30,065 nucleotides of DNA from the NCBI GenBank assembly GCA_007123195.1, contig SKLO01000508.1:1-30065 (forward strand). Reading direction: 5' to 3'. Below the pieces are notes generated by a model. The model made no database searches, had not been told where the DNA came from, and was given only the letters and a program-made list of their open reading frames with translations. Of the stretch, positions 1-8,585 are shown one piece after another. Within the stretch, counting starts at the first letter, position 1; each line of letters starts with the position of its first letter. The stretch comes from Verrucomicrobiales bacterium. Its GTDB lineage: Bacteria > Verrucomicrobiota > Verrucomicrobiia > Verrucomicrobiales > SKLO01. The position numbers and the translations under genes were made by a program.

Positions 1-114
1 GGCGGTCCACAGCAGGGCCAGCGCGGCCAGCAACGGCGGCGCGAGGGCGGCCAGGCCGCGGCGGTTGCGGCCGCGCGGGCGCCGGCGCGGTCTTGTGGCA
101 AGGTCAGTCGGCAT
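1..114 (-). CDS. N-terminus of a probable exported protein (partial, runs off the left edge)
   Basis: Manual translation from ATG at 114: MPTDLATRPRRRPRGRNRRGLAALAPPLLAALALLWTA, a basic n-region plus hydrophobic h-region. It starts 37 nt after the Gfo/Idh/MocA stop on the same strand. Confidence 0.45.
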   Translation of the reverse strand, partial: MPTDLATRPRRRPRGRNRRGLAALAPPLLAALALLWTA

Positions 115-150
115 GAGGCGGGTTTTTGGGGGCTGGTCAGGGTCAGGCGG

Positions 151-1479
<1,329 letters not shown>

Positions 1480-1502
1480 GTGAGGTCCCTACAGCCGTCC
1501 CG

Positions 1503-3065
1503 TCACCGGCGCAAGCGCCGCGGCGGCGGTGTTTTTGGCGGCGTTCGTCCGGGCAGGACGGCGAAGTCATCGGCCCAATTGCACTGGGTTCGGAGTGGTT
1601 GACCGTTCACCAGCAAGCCCTCGATGTGGACTCCGGCCTCCTTCAGCGAGTGCCTGAGGTCCAGGTCGACGAAATCGATCAAGCCGTCGGTGAGAACCAG
1701 CGCGGCCCGGGGCCGGCGGGTCGCCGGCTGACGGGCCAGGTGCTGCAGCACGCAGTTGATGTCGGTGCCGCCGGTGCTGTCGGCGCCCTGTTCCACGAAC
1801 CGCTGGGAGCGCCATTCGGCCACGATGTTGGAGAACGCGAACAAGCGGATCCGCCCCCGGCGCAGCGGGCCGGCCAGCACCGATGTCAGGGCCGGCAGGT
1901 GGTTGCTGATCGAGGCGCTGGTGTCGAGGTAGACATGCACCTGCTTCACCGGGATCATCTCCGGAGCGGGCACCGCAACGGCCGACCACTGGTAGAGCGG
2001 CGTTTGGCCCAGCAGGTCAGCGAGGGCGTGGACCCGGCGGTCGCGGGCGGATGGGAGCACTGATTGCAACGGCAGGGGCCGGTCGAGGATTCGCTGTTGG
2101 CGGCCGTGACGGCTTTCGCCGGCCAGCAGCGCCCCGAGTTTTCGCAGGGCCTGCTCCAGCGGGTGGACCCACGGGTGGGCCGGACCGGGTCGGTCAGGCG
2201 GCACCCGCAGCAGCGAGGCGGTCTGGTTGTGCCCGGGCGGCGCGCTGTTTGAAGATTGGGACGAGTGTTCGGGTCGGACCAACCGGGCGCCGGGCAAATC
2301 TCCGAATCGCTGGCCGACCCATTGTTTGAACGGCTGGAGATGCCCTGTCGCCCGGGTGTTTGGCGGCGTTCCGGCCGGGCGCGGCTCCGGATCGCCGGGG
2401 CGGGTGTGCGCATCCGGGTGCGAGCCCAGCAGTATTACTCTGGCGCAGGCCGCCTCGCCGTCCTTGCCTTGTTGGCGGCAGATGCGGGTGAGCATCCGTC
2501 GCACCTCGCCGTAGGTGGCCTGGCAACCGGGCGTCGATCCTCCTTGGGCCGGGTCGTCATACAACAGTTTGAACAAGCCCTGCTGCTCCGGGCACAGCGA
2601 CTCGACCGCTGCCATGCTGTCCGGCCAACCCGGTGGCGGCCGCAGCAGGCGGTCGGGAAACCGGTCGAACGGGTAGTATCGCTGCAGCAGGCCGACGCCG
2701 GCGCGGCGGCCGACGGTATGGCTGAGCATGGCGTTGATGACGATGTCGAACACCAGGTTGTCGAGCGGGGTCGGCCACCCGGCCAGTCGCGTGTGACCTA
2801 GGGTCACGTGGTAAAGCTCGTGCGACACCAGCAGCAGCAGGTCGTTGTCGTTCGGGCAGTGTTTGGCGACGAAGTCCGGGTTGAAACGCAGCACCGGCGG
2901 GTCGGTGCAGGTGACGGCGGCGGTGGCGACCTTGGTGGTGACTTCGATGTCGGCGAGGTTCAGCAACTGGATCCATGCGTGAGGTTCGAGGTCGAGGCTG
3001 TTGAACATCCGCTCGCGCAGGTGCCGGGCGGCGGGGTCGGTGGGGCGGTTGAAGAGCACGTTCAT
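1503..3065 (-). CDS. HExxH metallopeptidase-like (DUF2201-like) domain plus C-terminal VWA domain protein
   Basis: HELYH followed by NLVFDIVIN. VWA MIDAS elements DTSAS, GGTD and LTDG. Start placed at ATG 3065, which overlaps the upstream stop (ATGA); the ORF track start at 3092 is an alternative. Confidence 0.8.
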   Translation of the reverse strand: MNVLFNRPTDPAARHLRERMFNSLDLEPHAWIQLLNLADIEVTTKVATAAVTCTDPPVLRFNPDFVAKHCPNDNDLLLLVSHELYHVTLGHTRLAGWPTPLDNLVFDIVINAMLSHTVGRRAGVGLLQRYYPFDRFPDRLLRPPPGWPDSMAAVESLCPEQQGLFKLLYDDPAQGGSTPGCQATYGEVRRMLTRICRQQGKDGEAACARVILLGSHPDAHTRPGDPEPRPAGTPPNTRATGHLQPFKQWVGQRFGDLPGARLVRPEHSSQSSNSAPPGHNQTASLLRVPPDRPGPAHPWVHPLEQALRKLGALLAGESRHGRQQRILDRPLPLQSVLPSARDRRVHALADLLGQTPLYQWSAVAVPAPEMIPVKQVHVYLDTSASISNHLPALTSVLAGPLRRGRIRLFAFSNIVAEWRSQRFVEQGADSTGGTDINCVLQHLARQPATRRPRAALVLTDGLIDFVDLDLRHSLKEAGVHIEGLLVNGQPLRTQCNWADDFAVLPGRTPPKTPPPRRLRR

Positions 3066-3685
3066 GGAATCAGGCTGTTGATCAGCGGGCATTCGAACAG
3101 GCAGTGCCTGAGGTTGAGCAGGTGGGAGAGCCGCAGGTCCGGTGGGCGGTCAACGATGATCAGGTGACCGATGCGATGGGCCGCGAGCCACCCCACCATG
3201 GACAGGTCGCGCGCCCAGCGCACCGGCGCTTGCCGGCGGGGCTGCCGATGGAACGGCAACCAGCGCGGCACCGGCTCGCGTGTGCGGGCGATCAGGAAGC
3301 GCAGCCCCGGCAGCGGAGGGCGGAGCGGGCCGGTGGCCTGCAACAATGCCTCCACCGTTTCGTGGTGGTCGCGGACGTGCTCGACGACCTGCAGCCAATC
3401 GGAACTGTTGGGGTGGCAATCCGTGGTCGCGAGGGCCCTGCCGGCGACCAGGGCCAGCGGCGGCGGCAGCTCCGCGACGGCCGGCTTGCCCGCCAGCAGC
3501 AGCGCTCTGACAAGACAGCAACCCAGCAGGATGCCGTCCTCGGCTTCGGGGTCCAGGTGGTCGGAGTCATCGGGTGCCATCGATTGGTCAGGCTCCACCG
3601 GCTGGCGGCGGCGGCGGGCGCGTGCCGGCGCGACCAGCGGCGGGCAATCGTCGATGCATGCGGTGGGGTTGAGCAGGGCGGTCAT
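3062..3685 (-). CDS. Hypothetical protein (~207 aa) between the AAA+ ATPase and VWA genes
   Basis: 3' part of ORF 3062..4048. Codons are mostly G/C-ending and its TGA overlaps the VWA ATG. ATG 3709 is an alternative start. No recognisable motif. Confidence 0.6.
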   Translation of the reverse strand: MTALLNPTACIDDCPPLVAPARARRRRQPVEPDQSMAPDDSDHLDPEAEDGILLGCCLVRALLLAGKPAVAELPPPLALVAGRALATTDCHPNSSDWLQVVEHVRDHHETVEALLQATGPLRPPLPGLRFLIARTREPVPRWLPFHRQPRRQAPVRWARDLSMVGWLAAHRIGHLIIVDRPPDLRLSHLLNLRHCLFECPLINSLIP

Positions 3686-3864
3686 GATAGGAAGCGGGCG
3701 GTCGGGCATGGGGCGTGGATGGACGGTGGGCAGGGGTTGGATCTGTTTCGGGGTTTTGGTTTGGATCTGGTTATGGTTTTGCGCTTTGGGTTCGGGCGGG
3801 ATTCGGGTTTGAGCCCGGGTTGCAACGGGGGGAGGGGACGCAGCGGAGAGCTTGCCGGGTTCAC
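3682..3864 (-). CDS. Possible 60-aa basic, Pro-rich small ORF bridging the ATPase and the hypothetical gene
   Basis: GTG at 3864 overlaps the ATPase TGA (GTGA) and its own TGA overlaps ATG 3685 (ATGA). Codon usage is atypical (many A-ending codons), so it may be non-coding. Confidence 0.3.
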   Translation of the reverse strand: MNPASSPLRPLPPLQPGLKPESRPNPKRKTITRSKPKPRNRSNPCPPSIHAPCPTARFLS

Positions 3865-5471
3865 GGTTCGGCGGCCTGCATGGCGCCGTCTTGGTCCAGC
3901 CGGAAGCGCTGCCACAATTCCGAGAAATGGTTGGCAAGGCTTTCGGGGTTGATGTGGTGGTAGCCGTCCGGCAGCAGCGCCAGCAGCAGGCGCCGGAGCG
4001 CCTCGTCGCGCACGGTCGAACCGAGCGGCTGGACCAGTTGCCTGACACTGCGGACGCTGGAGAGGTTGAGCGTCCACAGCCGGTGGCGGGACTGGCTTGG
4101 GCTGGAGTCGCGGACCCGCTGCAGGCAGTCCGCCAGGGTCTCGATCGCGCACGCCGAGATCGGGCGCCCCTGGCGCAGGGCGATGTCGATCACCACCGCA
4201 AGGGCGGTGCGGCGGGCGAGGTTGGCGATGCTGGCAAGCGCGTCGGTGACCAGCGAACCAAGCTCGTCCGGCTGCAGCCTGAGGCGTTCGACCACCGCGC
4301 AGCAGAGCCGATCGACCGGGTGGTTCAGGTGCACCAGCTGCCGCCAGGGCGAATCGGCCGGCAGCGTGGCCAGGGTCCAGGCGTTGCGGTGAACGGCCCA
4401 CAGGGCGTGGGTCTCGACGTGGTCGGTGGCATGGGTCGGCAGGCAATGGGTCAATGTCAGGCGCATCACCTCGTCCCAGTCCGGCGGCCGTTCGTCTCCG
4501 GGGCGCAGGCACTCCAGCGCGGCGCGGATGCCGAGCGCGGAGCGCTGCATGATGGCAAGACGCCTGGCGGACAGGCGGATGTGCTGGGCGCGCAGCAGCG
4601 ACTCAACCGTCAGCAGGTAGTCGGTGACGGGTCCCGGGTTGTGGTCGGCCAAATCGTGGAAGCGTCGCCGGGCGTCCCGGACCAGATCCGCCAGTCCCCG
4701 GCTTGGCGGCGATTCCGAGAACCGGGAGTCGAGCAGGTGCCGGGCGTCCTTCGGGTCCAGGTCGGCCCAGTCGGGCACACTGATCAGGAACGCGAACCGG
4801 TCGGCCAGGGCGGGATCGAGCGGCTGGCAGCCTTGGTAGTGGTCCAACGGAGCGTCGTTGTCATCGTCGGACGGAGGATTCATCGCCGCCCAGCGGTAGC
4901 GCAGCTTCGGCAGATCGATGCCCTGCACCCGGCGCTCGTGAATGATCGGGAACAACTTGTTCTGCAGGTCGATCCTGGTGCGGTTCAGTTCGTCGATGAA
5001 CACCACCTCGGCGCCCCAGATGGAGCCGGGGGTCGGCAGGTAGTGCAGAGCGGAGCGGGCCGCGTTGGGCATGGGGATGCCGATGAGGTCGTCGTAATTG
5101 ATGAGGGAGGCGTTGTAGAAGCGCGGTTCGAGGCCCAGCGCCCGGGCCAGCCGCTCGAGCACCATGCTCTTGGCGGTTCCGTGGGGGCCGATCAGCAGGA
5201 TCGGGTCGGCGGTGGCCAGGGCGGCGAGCAGGACCGGCTCGAGATGGCTCCACCCGACCAGCCCGACCGCCGCGGCAGGACCGGGGACGGCGGAGGCGGG
5301 CGCCGGGCCGGGAGCGGGCTCGGGATTGTCGGGGGAGCCATCGCGGGCGGGCGATCGGGAGGGTCTGGACGGGCCGGATCGGGGCGGGCGGGTGCCGGGG
5401 CTCGGGGCTGCGGGGGTTTTGGCGGGGCGAGTGGCGACAGTGGACGGCGGGGTGGTGGTGGTGCTCTTCAT
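3861..5471 (-). CDS. MoxR/RavA-like AAA+ ATPase
   Basis: Walker A GPHGTAKS (RavA-style AKS), Walker B VFIDELNR, LQNKLF, sensor-1 AAMNP, arginine finger LDPALADRF. Long Pro-rich N-terminal extension and helical C-terminal extension. Confidence 0.88.
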   Translation of the reverse strand: MKSTTTTPPSTVATRPAKTPAAPSPGTRPPRSGPSRPSRSPARDGSPDNPEPAPGPAPASAVPGPAAAVGLVGWSHLEPVLLAALATADPILLIGPHGTAKSMVLERLARALGLEPRFYNASLINYDDLIGIPMPNAARSALHYLPTPGSIWGAEVVFIDELNRTRIDLQNKLFPIIHERRVQGIDLPKLRYRWAAMNPPSDDDNDAPLDHYQGCQPLDPALADRFAFLISVPDWADLDPKDARHLLDSRFSESPPSRGLADLVRDARRRFHDLADHNPGPVTDYLLTVESLLRAQHIRLSARRLAIMQRSALGIRAALECLRPGDERPPDWDEVMRLTLTHCLPTHATDHVETHALWAVHRNAWTLATLPADSPWRQLVHLNHPVDRLCCAVVERLRLQPDELGSLVTDALASIANLARRTALAVVIDIALRQGRPISACAIETLADCLQRVRDSSPSQSRHRLWTLNLSSVRSVRQLVQPLGSTVRDEALRRLLLALLPDGYHHINPESLANHFSELWQRFRLDQDGAMQAAEP

Positions 5472-5512
5472 GATGGGTGCGGCAGGGTCAGGGGCGCACC
5501 AGGAGCACGAGA

Positions 5513-5545
5513 AACGCCGTCCGGAAGGAGCATCAGGACGGCGTT
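5513..5545. repeat. Perfect 10-bp inverted repeat upstream of the ATPase gene
   Basis: AACGCCGTCC (5513-5522) and GGACGGCGTT (5536-5545) with a 13-nt spacer. Confidence 0.6.
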
Positions 5546-5684
5546 CGATTCGTTGGAGTATGTTGGGTTGTTCGGAAGTCTAGGGGTTCCGCACATCGGA
5601 CCGGCGGACCGGTCCTGGCACCTTGGCGACTCCATCGCCAGGTTGCCGGCCCCATTGCTGGGGCGCTCTTGATGCTATGGAATC

Positions 5685-5712
5685 AATCTACCATGAATCG
5701 AGTGGAATGCAA
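5685..5712 (-). promoter_or_regulatory. Putative sigma70-type promoter for the ATPase operon
   Basis: Minus strand reads TTGCAT-N16-TAGATT with an extended -10 TG and an AT-rich tract upstream, in an otherwise GC-rich region. Confidence 0.45.
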
Positions 5713-5726
5713 GTGGTAAATTGAAT

Positions 5727-5740
5727 TTTCTTGAAAGAAA
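5727..5740. promoter_or_regulatory. AT-rich dyad, candidate operator
   Basis: TTTCTT-GA-AAGAAA, located 14 bp upstream of the predicted minus-strand -35 box. Confidence 0.3.
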
Positions 5741-6208
5741 CGGCCGAGCGGGTGTTGTGGTAGGAAATAGTGGTGAGGGCAAGTCCGCGGCGGAGGAGTT
5801 CCGGACGCGACCGCCGCCCTGCGGCCGGGCGCTGGCGGGGGCGGCGGTCTGGCGTGCCGTGCCTGGCCCTCTGCGCGGGGTTGACATCGACCGGCGATCC
5901 GGTCGGTCCCGGCAGGCAACTGGCGCGGTGCGCGTGCCCCGCGGCGACATCCGGAACCTCGTCCGCGGGGCTTCATGCCGCGTTCCATGCCTTCCTTGTG
6001 CGATGCCTCACCGGCCTGTGGTCCGGCTGTGCGGCGCCTTGCCTGCGTGGTGAGGGACGGGAGCGGGCTCCCCGGCAATCCCCCGGCGGGAATATGCGAA
6101 TAGTCTCACAAATTGGTTGACGGGTTGATCGGTGACTTGTTAGAAGCCCTTGACGGGGATGAGTGGATCCCTGATCAGGCTGAGCCATGAAACCAATCAC
6201 CCCAGCTC

Positions 6209-7957
6209 TTGCAAGACATGAAAACCATCGCATCCAACACTCAAGCCGCTGATCCCCCGCCGCCGTCAATCTGCAGGCAGCGCCTTTTTCCCGGCAGAAT
6301 GGCATTGGCCGTCGCGGTCTTCGCGTTTTTGGCCGGCCAGGCCGTGGTCATGGGGCAACCTCCCGGGCGCGGAGGGCCGCCTGGATGGGAGCGCGTGCTG
6401 GTGCTGTTCGAGGCCGAGCCGGGACCGGCAGAGCGCGCCATGGTGAAAGGTTTCGGGGGCAGCATCGAGCGCGAGTTCCAGATCGTGCCCGCGGTGGCGG
6501 CGTCGCTGCCGCCGGGTGCCTCGAACGAGCTGCGGCGATCGCCACTGGTGCGTGTCGTTGAGCCGGACATCGAGGTCACCGGGACCGACATCGACAACAC
6601 CTGGGGGGTCAAGCGGATCGGGGCCGGCCCGGTTCACGACGGCACCTTTGGCCAGGATGCCCAACCGGTGTTGGGTACGGGTGTCAGGGTGGCGGTGCTG
6701 GACACGGGGATCGATTACAATCACCCCGAGCTGGCCGATTTTTTTGCCGGCGGCCACGATTTCGTCAATGGTGACAACGACCCGCTGGACGATCACGGCC
6801 ACGGCACCCATGTGTCGGGAACCGTGGCCGCTCTGCGGGACGGGAACGGCGTCGTCGGGGTCGCGCCCGAGGTCGACATCTTCGCGGTCAAGGTGCTGGA
6901 TTCCAACAACACCGGAGTGCTGAGCGACGTTCTAGCCGGCCTTGACTGGTGCCTTCAAAACGACATCGCGGTGGCCAATTTCAGCCTGGGAACCACCACA
7001 TTTCCAGGCATCACGGTTTGGAACGCCTTCGCCAACGCCGAACAGGCGGGTCTGGTGATGGTGGCGGCGGCCGGCAATGAAGGCGTGGGGACCGACACGG
7101 TCTGGTATCCGGCCAGGTTTGAAAGTGTGATCGCGGTGGCGGCGACCACGTCGTCGGACGGGCGCGCCGGCTTCTCAAGTACCGGTCCGGCGGTGGAACT
7201 GGCCGCCCCTGGAGAGGGGATCAACTCGACTACCCCCGGCGGCGGCTATGGCCTGGCCAGCGGCACGTCGATGGCGGCCCCCCACGTGACCGGGGTGGCG
7301 GCTCTGGTGATTGCGGCAGGAATCACCGACGCCAACGACAACGGACGCATCAACGACGAGGTCAGGATGGTGCTGCAAGTGACCGCCGAGGACCTCGGAC
7401 CTGAGGGCCGGGACGAGCACTTTGGTTATGGTTTGGTGGATGCCCAAATGGCCGTGCTTCTGGCATACGCCCCGGGGAACGGCACCGATCCTGATCCTGA
7501 TCCTGACCCTGATCCTGATCCTGAGCCGGACCCTGAGCCGGACCCTGAGCCGAGCTTCGATGCCCCCGAGGACCTGGAGGGTTCCGTGACGGGCAACACG
7601 GTGACCCTGCAGTGGGTGGACCGGTCCGATGTTGAAGACGGGTTTGAGATTGAGCTGGGGTTGGAAACCGGTGGCGTGATCACCTGGACCGGTTGGGCGA
7701 CCGTGCCCGCCGGCACCACCAGTTACAGCGACACGCTGGCCGATGGCAGCTACTGGTTCCGCGTTCGAGCCTTCCGTCTGTCGCCGGCCGAGGTCACCGA
7801 TTGGTCGAATGAGATCGAGCTGACGGTGGGCGCGTCCGCCGATGATCCGCCGCCTGGAGGTGGTCCGCCTCCGTGGGTGCCGCCTGGAGGTGGTCCGCCA
7901 TCGTGGGTGCCGCCCCAGGGACCTCCTCCGGTCGGCGTGCATGCTGCCGACCAGTGA
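6209..7957 (+). CDS. Secreted S8 subtilisin-like serine protease with propeptide, DP/EP linker, FN3-like domain and Pro/Gly-rich tail
   Basis: Catalytic motifs VLDTG, HGTHVSG and GTSMAAPHV, oxyanion AAGN, a hydrophobic signal segment, and an FN3-like segment (VTLQW...YWFRVRAF). The true start may be ATG 6299. Confidence 0.93.
   Translation: MQDMKTIASNTQAADPPPPSICRQRLFPGRMALAVAVFAFLAGQAVVMGQPPGRGGPPGWERVLVLFEAEPGPAERAMVKGFGGSIEREFQIVPAVAASLPPGASNELRRSPLVRVVEPDIEVTGTDIDNTWGVKRIGAGPVHDGTFGQDAQPVLGTGVRVAVLDTGIDYNHPELADFFAGGHDFVNGDNDPLDDHGHGTHVSGTVAALRDGNGVVGVAPEVDIFAVKVLDSNNTGVLSDVLAGLDWCLQNDIAVANFSLGTTTFPGITVWNAFANAEQAGLVMVAAAGNEGVGTDTVWYPARFESVIAVAATTSSDGRAGFSSTGPAVELAAPGEGINSTTPGGGYGLASGTSMAAPHVTGVAALVIAAGITDANDNGRINDEVRMVLQVTAEDLGPEGRDEHFGYGLVDAQMAVLLAYAPGNGTDPDPDPDPDPDPEPDPEPDPEPSFDAPEDLEGSVTGNTVTLQWVDRSDVEDGFEIELGLETGGVITWTGWATVPAGTTSYSDTLADGSYWFRVRAFRLSPAEVTDWSNEIELTVGASADDPPPGGGPPPWVPPGGGPPSWVPPQGPPPVGVHAADQ
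7487..7552 (+). repeat. Hexamer tandem repeat encoding a (DP)/(EP) linker
   Basis: Eleven 6-mers (GATCCT, GACCCT, GAGCCG) encoding DPDPDPDPDPDPEPDPEPDPEP. Confidence 0.9.
7850..7933 (+). repeat. 30-nt coding tandem repeat (PPGGGPP[P/S]WV twice plus a partial copy)
   Basis: Units at 7850-7879 and 7880-7909, with a degenerate unit at 7910-7933. Confidence 0.85.
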
Positions 7958-7971
7958 CCGTGCAGGTAGCG

Positions 7972-8006
7972 GGCCGCTGCCCTGCGGCTACGTCAGGGCA
8001 GCGGCC
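7972..8006 (+). terminator. Strong hairpin after the protease gene, probable terminator
   Basis: Perfect 13-bp stem GGCCGCTGCCCTG / CAGGGCAGCGGCC with a 9-nt loop, 15 nt after the stop. The U-tract is weak. Confidence 0.6.
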
Positions 8007-8297
8007 TTCCGCTGTGGTGGGCATTTTGCCCGTGTTCAAATCCTTTTCCGGCAGATTACGCCAGAGCGCAGTTGCGTTTTGGGGCCACTGACCGCGGCGG
8101 GATCGTCAGCCCGGCAGCCCTTGTTTCTACTCGGGTTGAATGGTTCCAGGTTGATGGAGGCATGGCACAAGGGATTCCCATGGCCCGGGCCGTGGCGGGT
8201 TCAGGTGGCGGAAGCAGACAACAGTCGCCCCCGCCGGACGATGCGGTTGCCCCGCCATCCGGTTCACGAGGCGTGGTTCCGGGCGAGGGGAACGGCC

Positions 8298-8326
8298 TTG
8301 ACAAATTCCCCGGCAACCCTACTAAT
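8298..8326 (+). promoter_or_regulatory. Putative sigma70-type promoter upstream of the ALDH operon
   Basis: Perfect TTGACA followed after 16-17 nt by TACTAA/ACTAAT. Confidence 0.45.
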
Positions 8327-8337
8327 GGTCTCTGGTG

Positions 8338-8439
8338 CGCGGGATTCCCCCACGACAGTTGGGGCCGGTGGCAACCTTTGAAGGGCGGCGAAGGTTTCTC
8401 CCGGGCCTGGTCAGGTGAGGGAGCATCAAGCGTCCTGCG
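8338..8439 (+). ncRNA. Candidate structured leader RNA (four-way junction), family unknown
   Basis: Hand-folded stems 8338-44/8433-39, 8348-52/8360-64, 8373-79/8390-96 and 8398-8402/8419-23, starting just after the predicted promoter. Confidence 0.25.
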
Positions 8440-8585
8440 GTTTCTGAGATTTTGTCGTAGAATGCCAATCTTCCTTTTCCGTGTGCCCGGGATGACAGCC
8501 AACCGCGCCCGGGCAATTCCCCGCCACAATCTGGCGCCCCGCCAATGAAATTCGCCACAACCCGCCTGCAGCCACCACTGACCCC

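Noticed and set aside
3062-4048. Full 328-aa version of the middle ORF
   Set aside because: Its first ~60 codons overlap the ATPase C-terminus and the next ~60 are low-complexity. A start at 3685 or 3709 is more parsimonious.
3852-5672. 606-aa plus-strand ORF, and other long antisense ORFs such as 436..1602, 8322..9323, 11426..13192, 16633..18720, 20154..21692, 22963..24396 and 28986..30044
   Set aside because: They are shadows of well-supported genes on the opposite strand. Stop-free antisense frames are expected in GC-rich DNA, and they carry no motifs.
5881-5910. TTGACA followed by a GACCGG/CCGGTC hairpin
   Set aside because: No plausible -10 box lies at the correct spacing.
7487-7933. 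Tandem repeats as a possible CRISPR array
   Set aside because: They are in-frame coding repeats with no unique spacers and no cas genes nearby.
8398-8430. GGTCAGGT...GGGAGCA resembling SRP RNA helix 8 or a glycine riboswitch (GAAGG...TCAGG)
   Set aside because: It lacks the GNRA-capped closing stem of SRP and the GGAGA/CCGAAG arrangement of glycine aptamers. It is kept only as an unassigned structured candidate.
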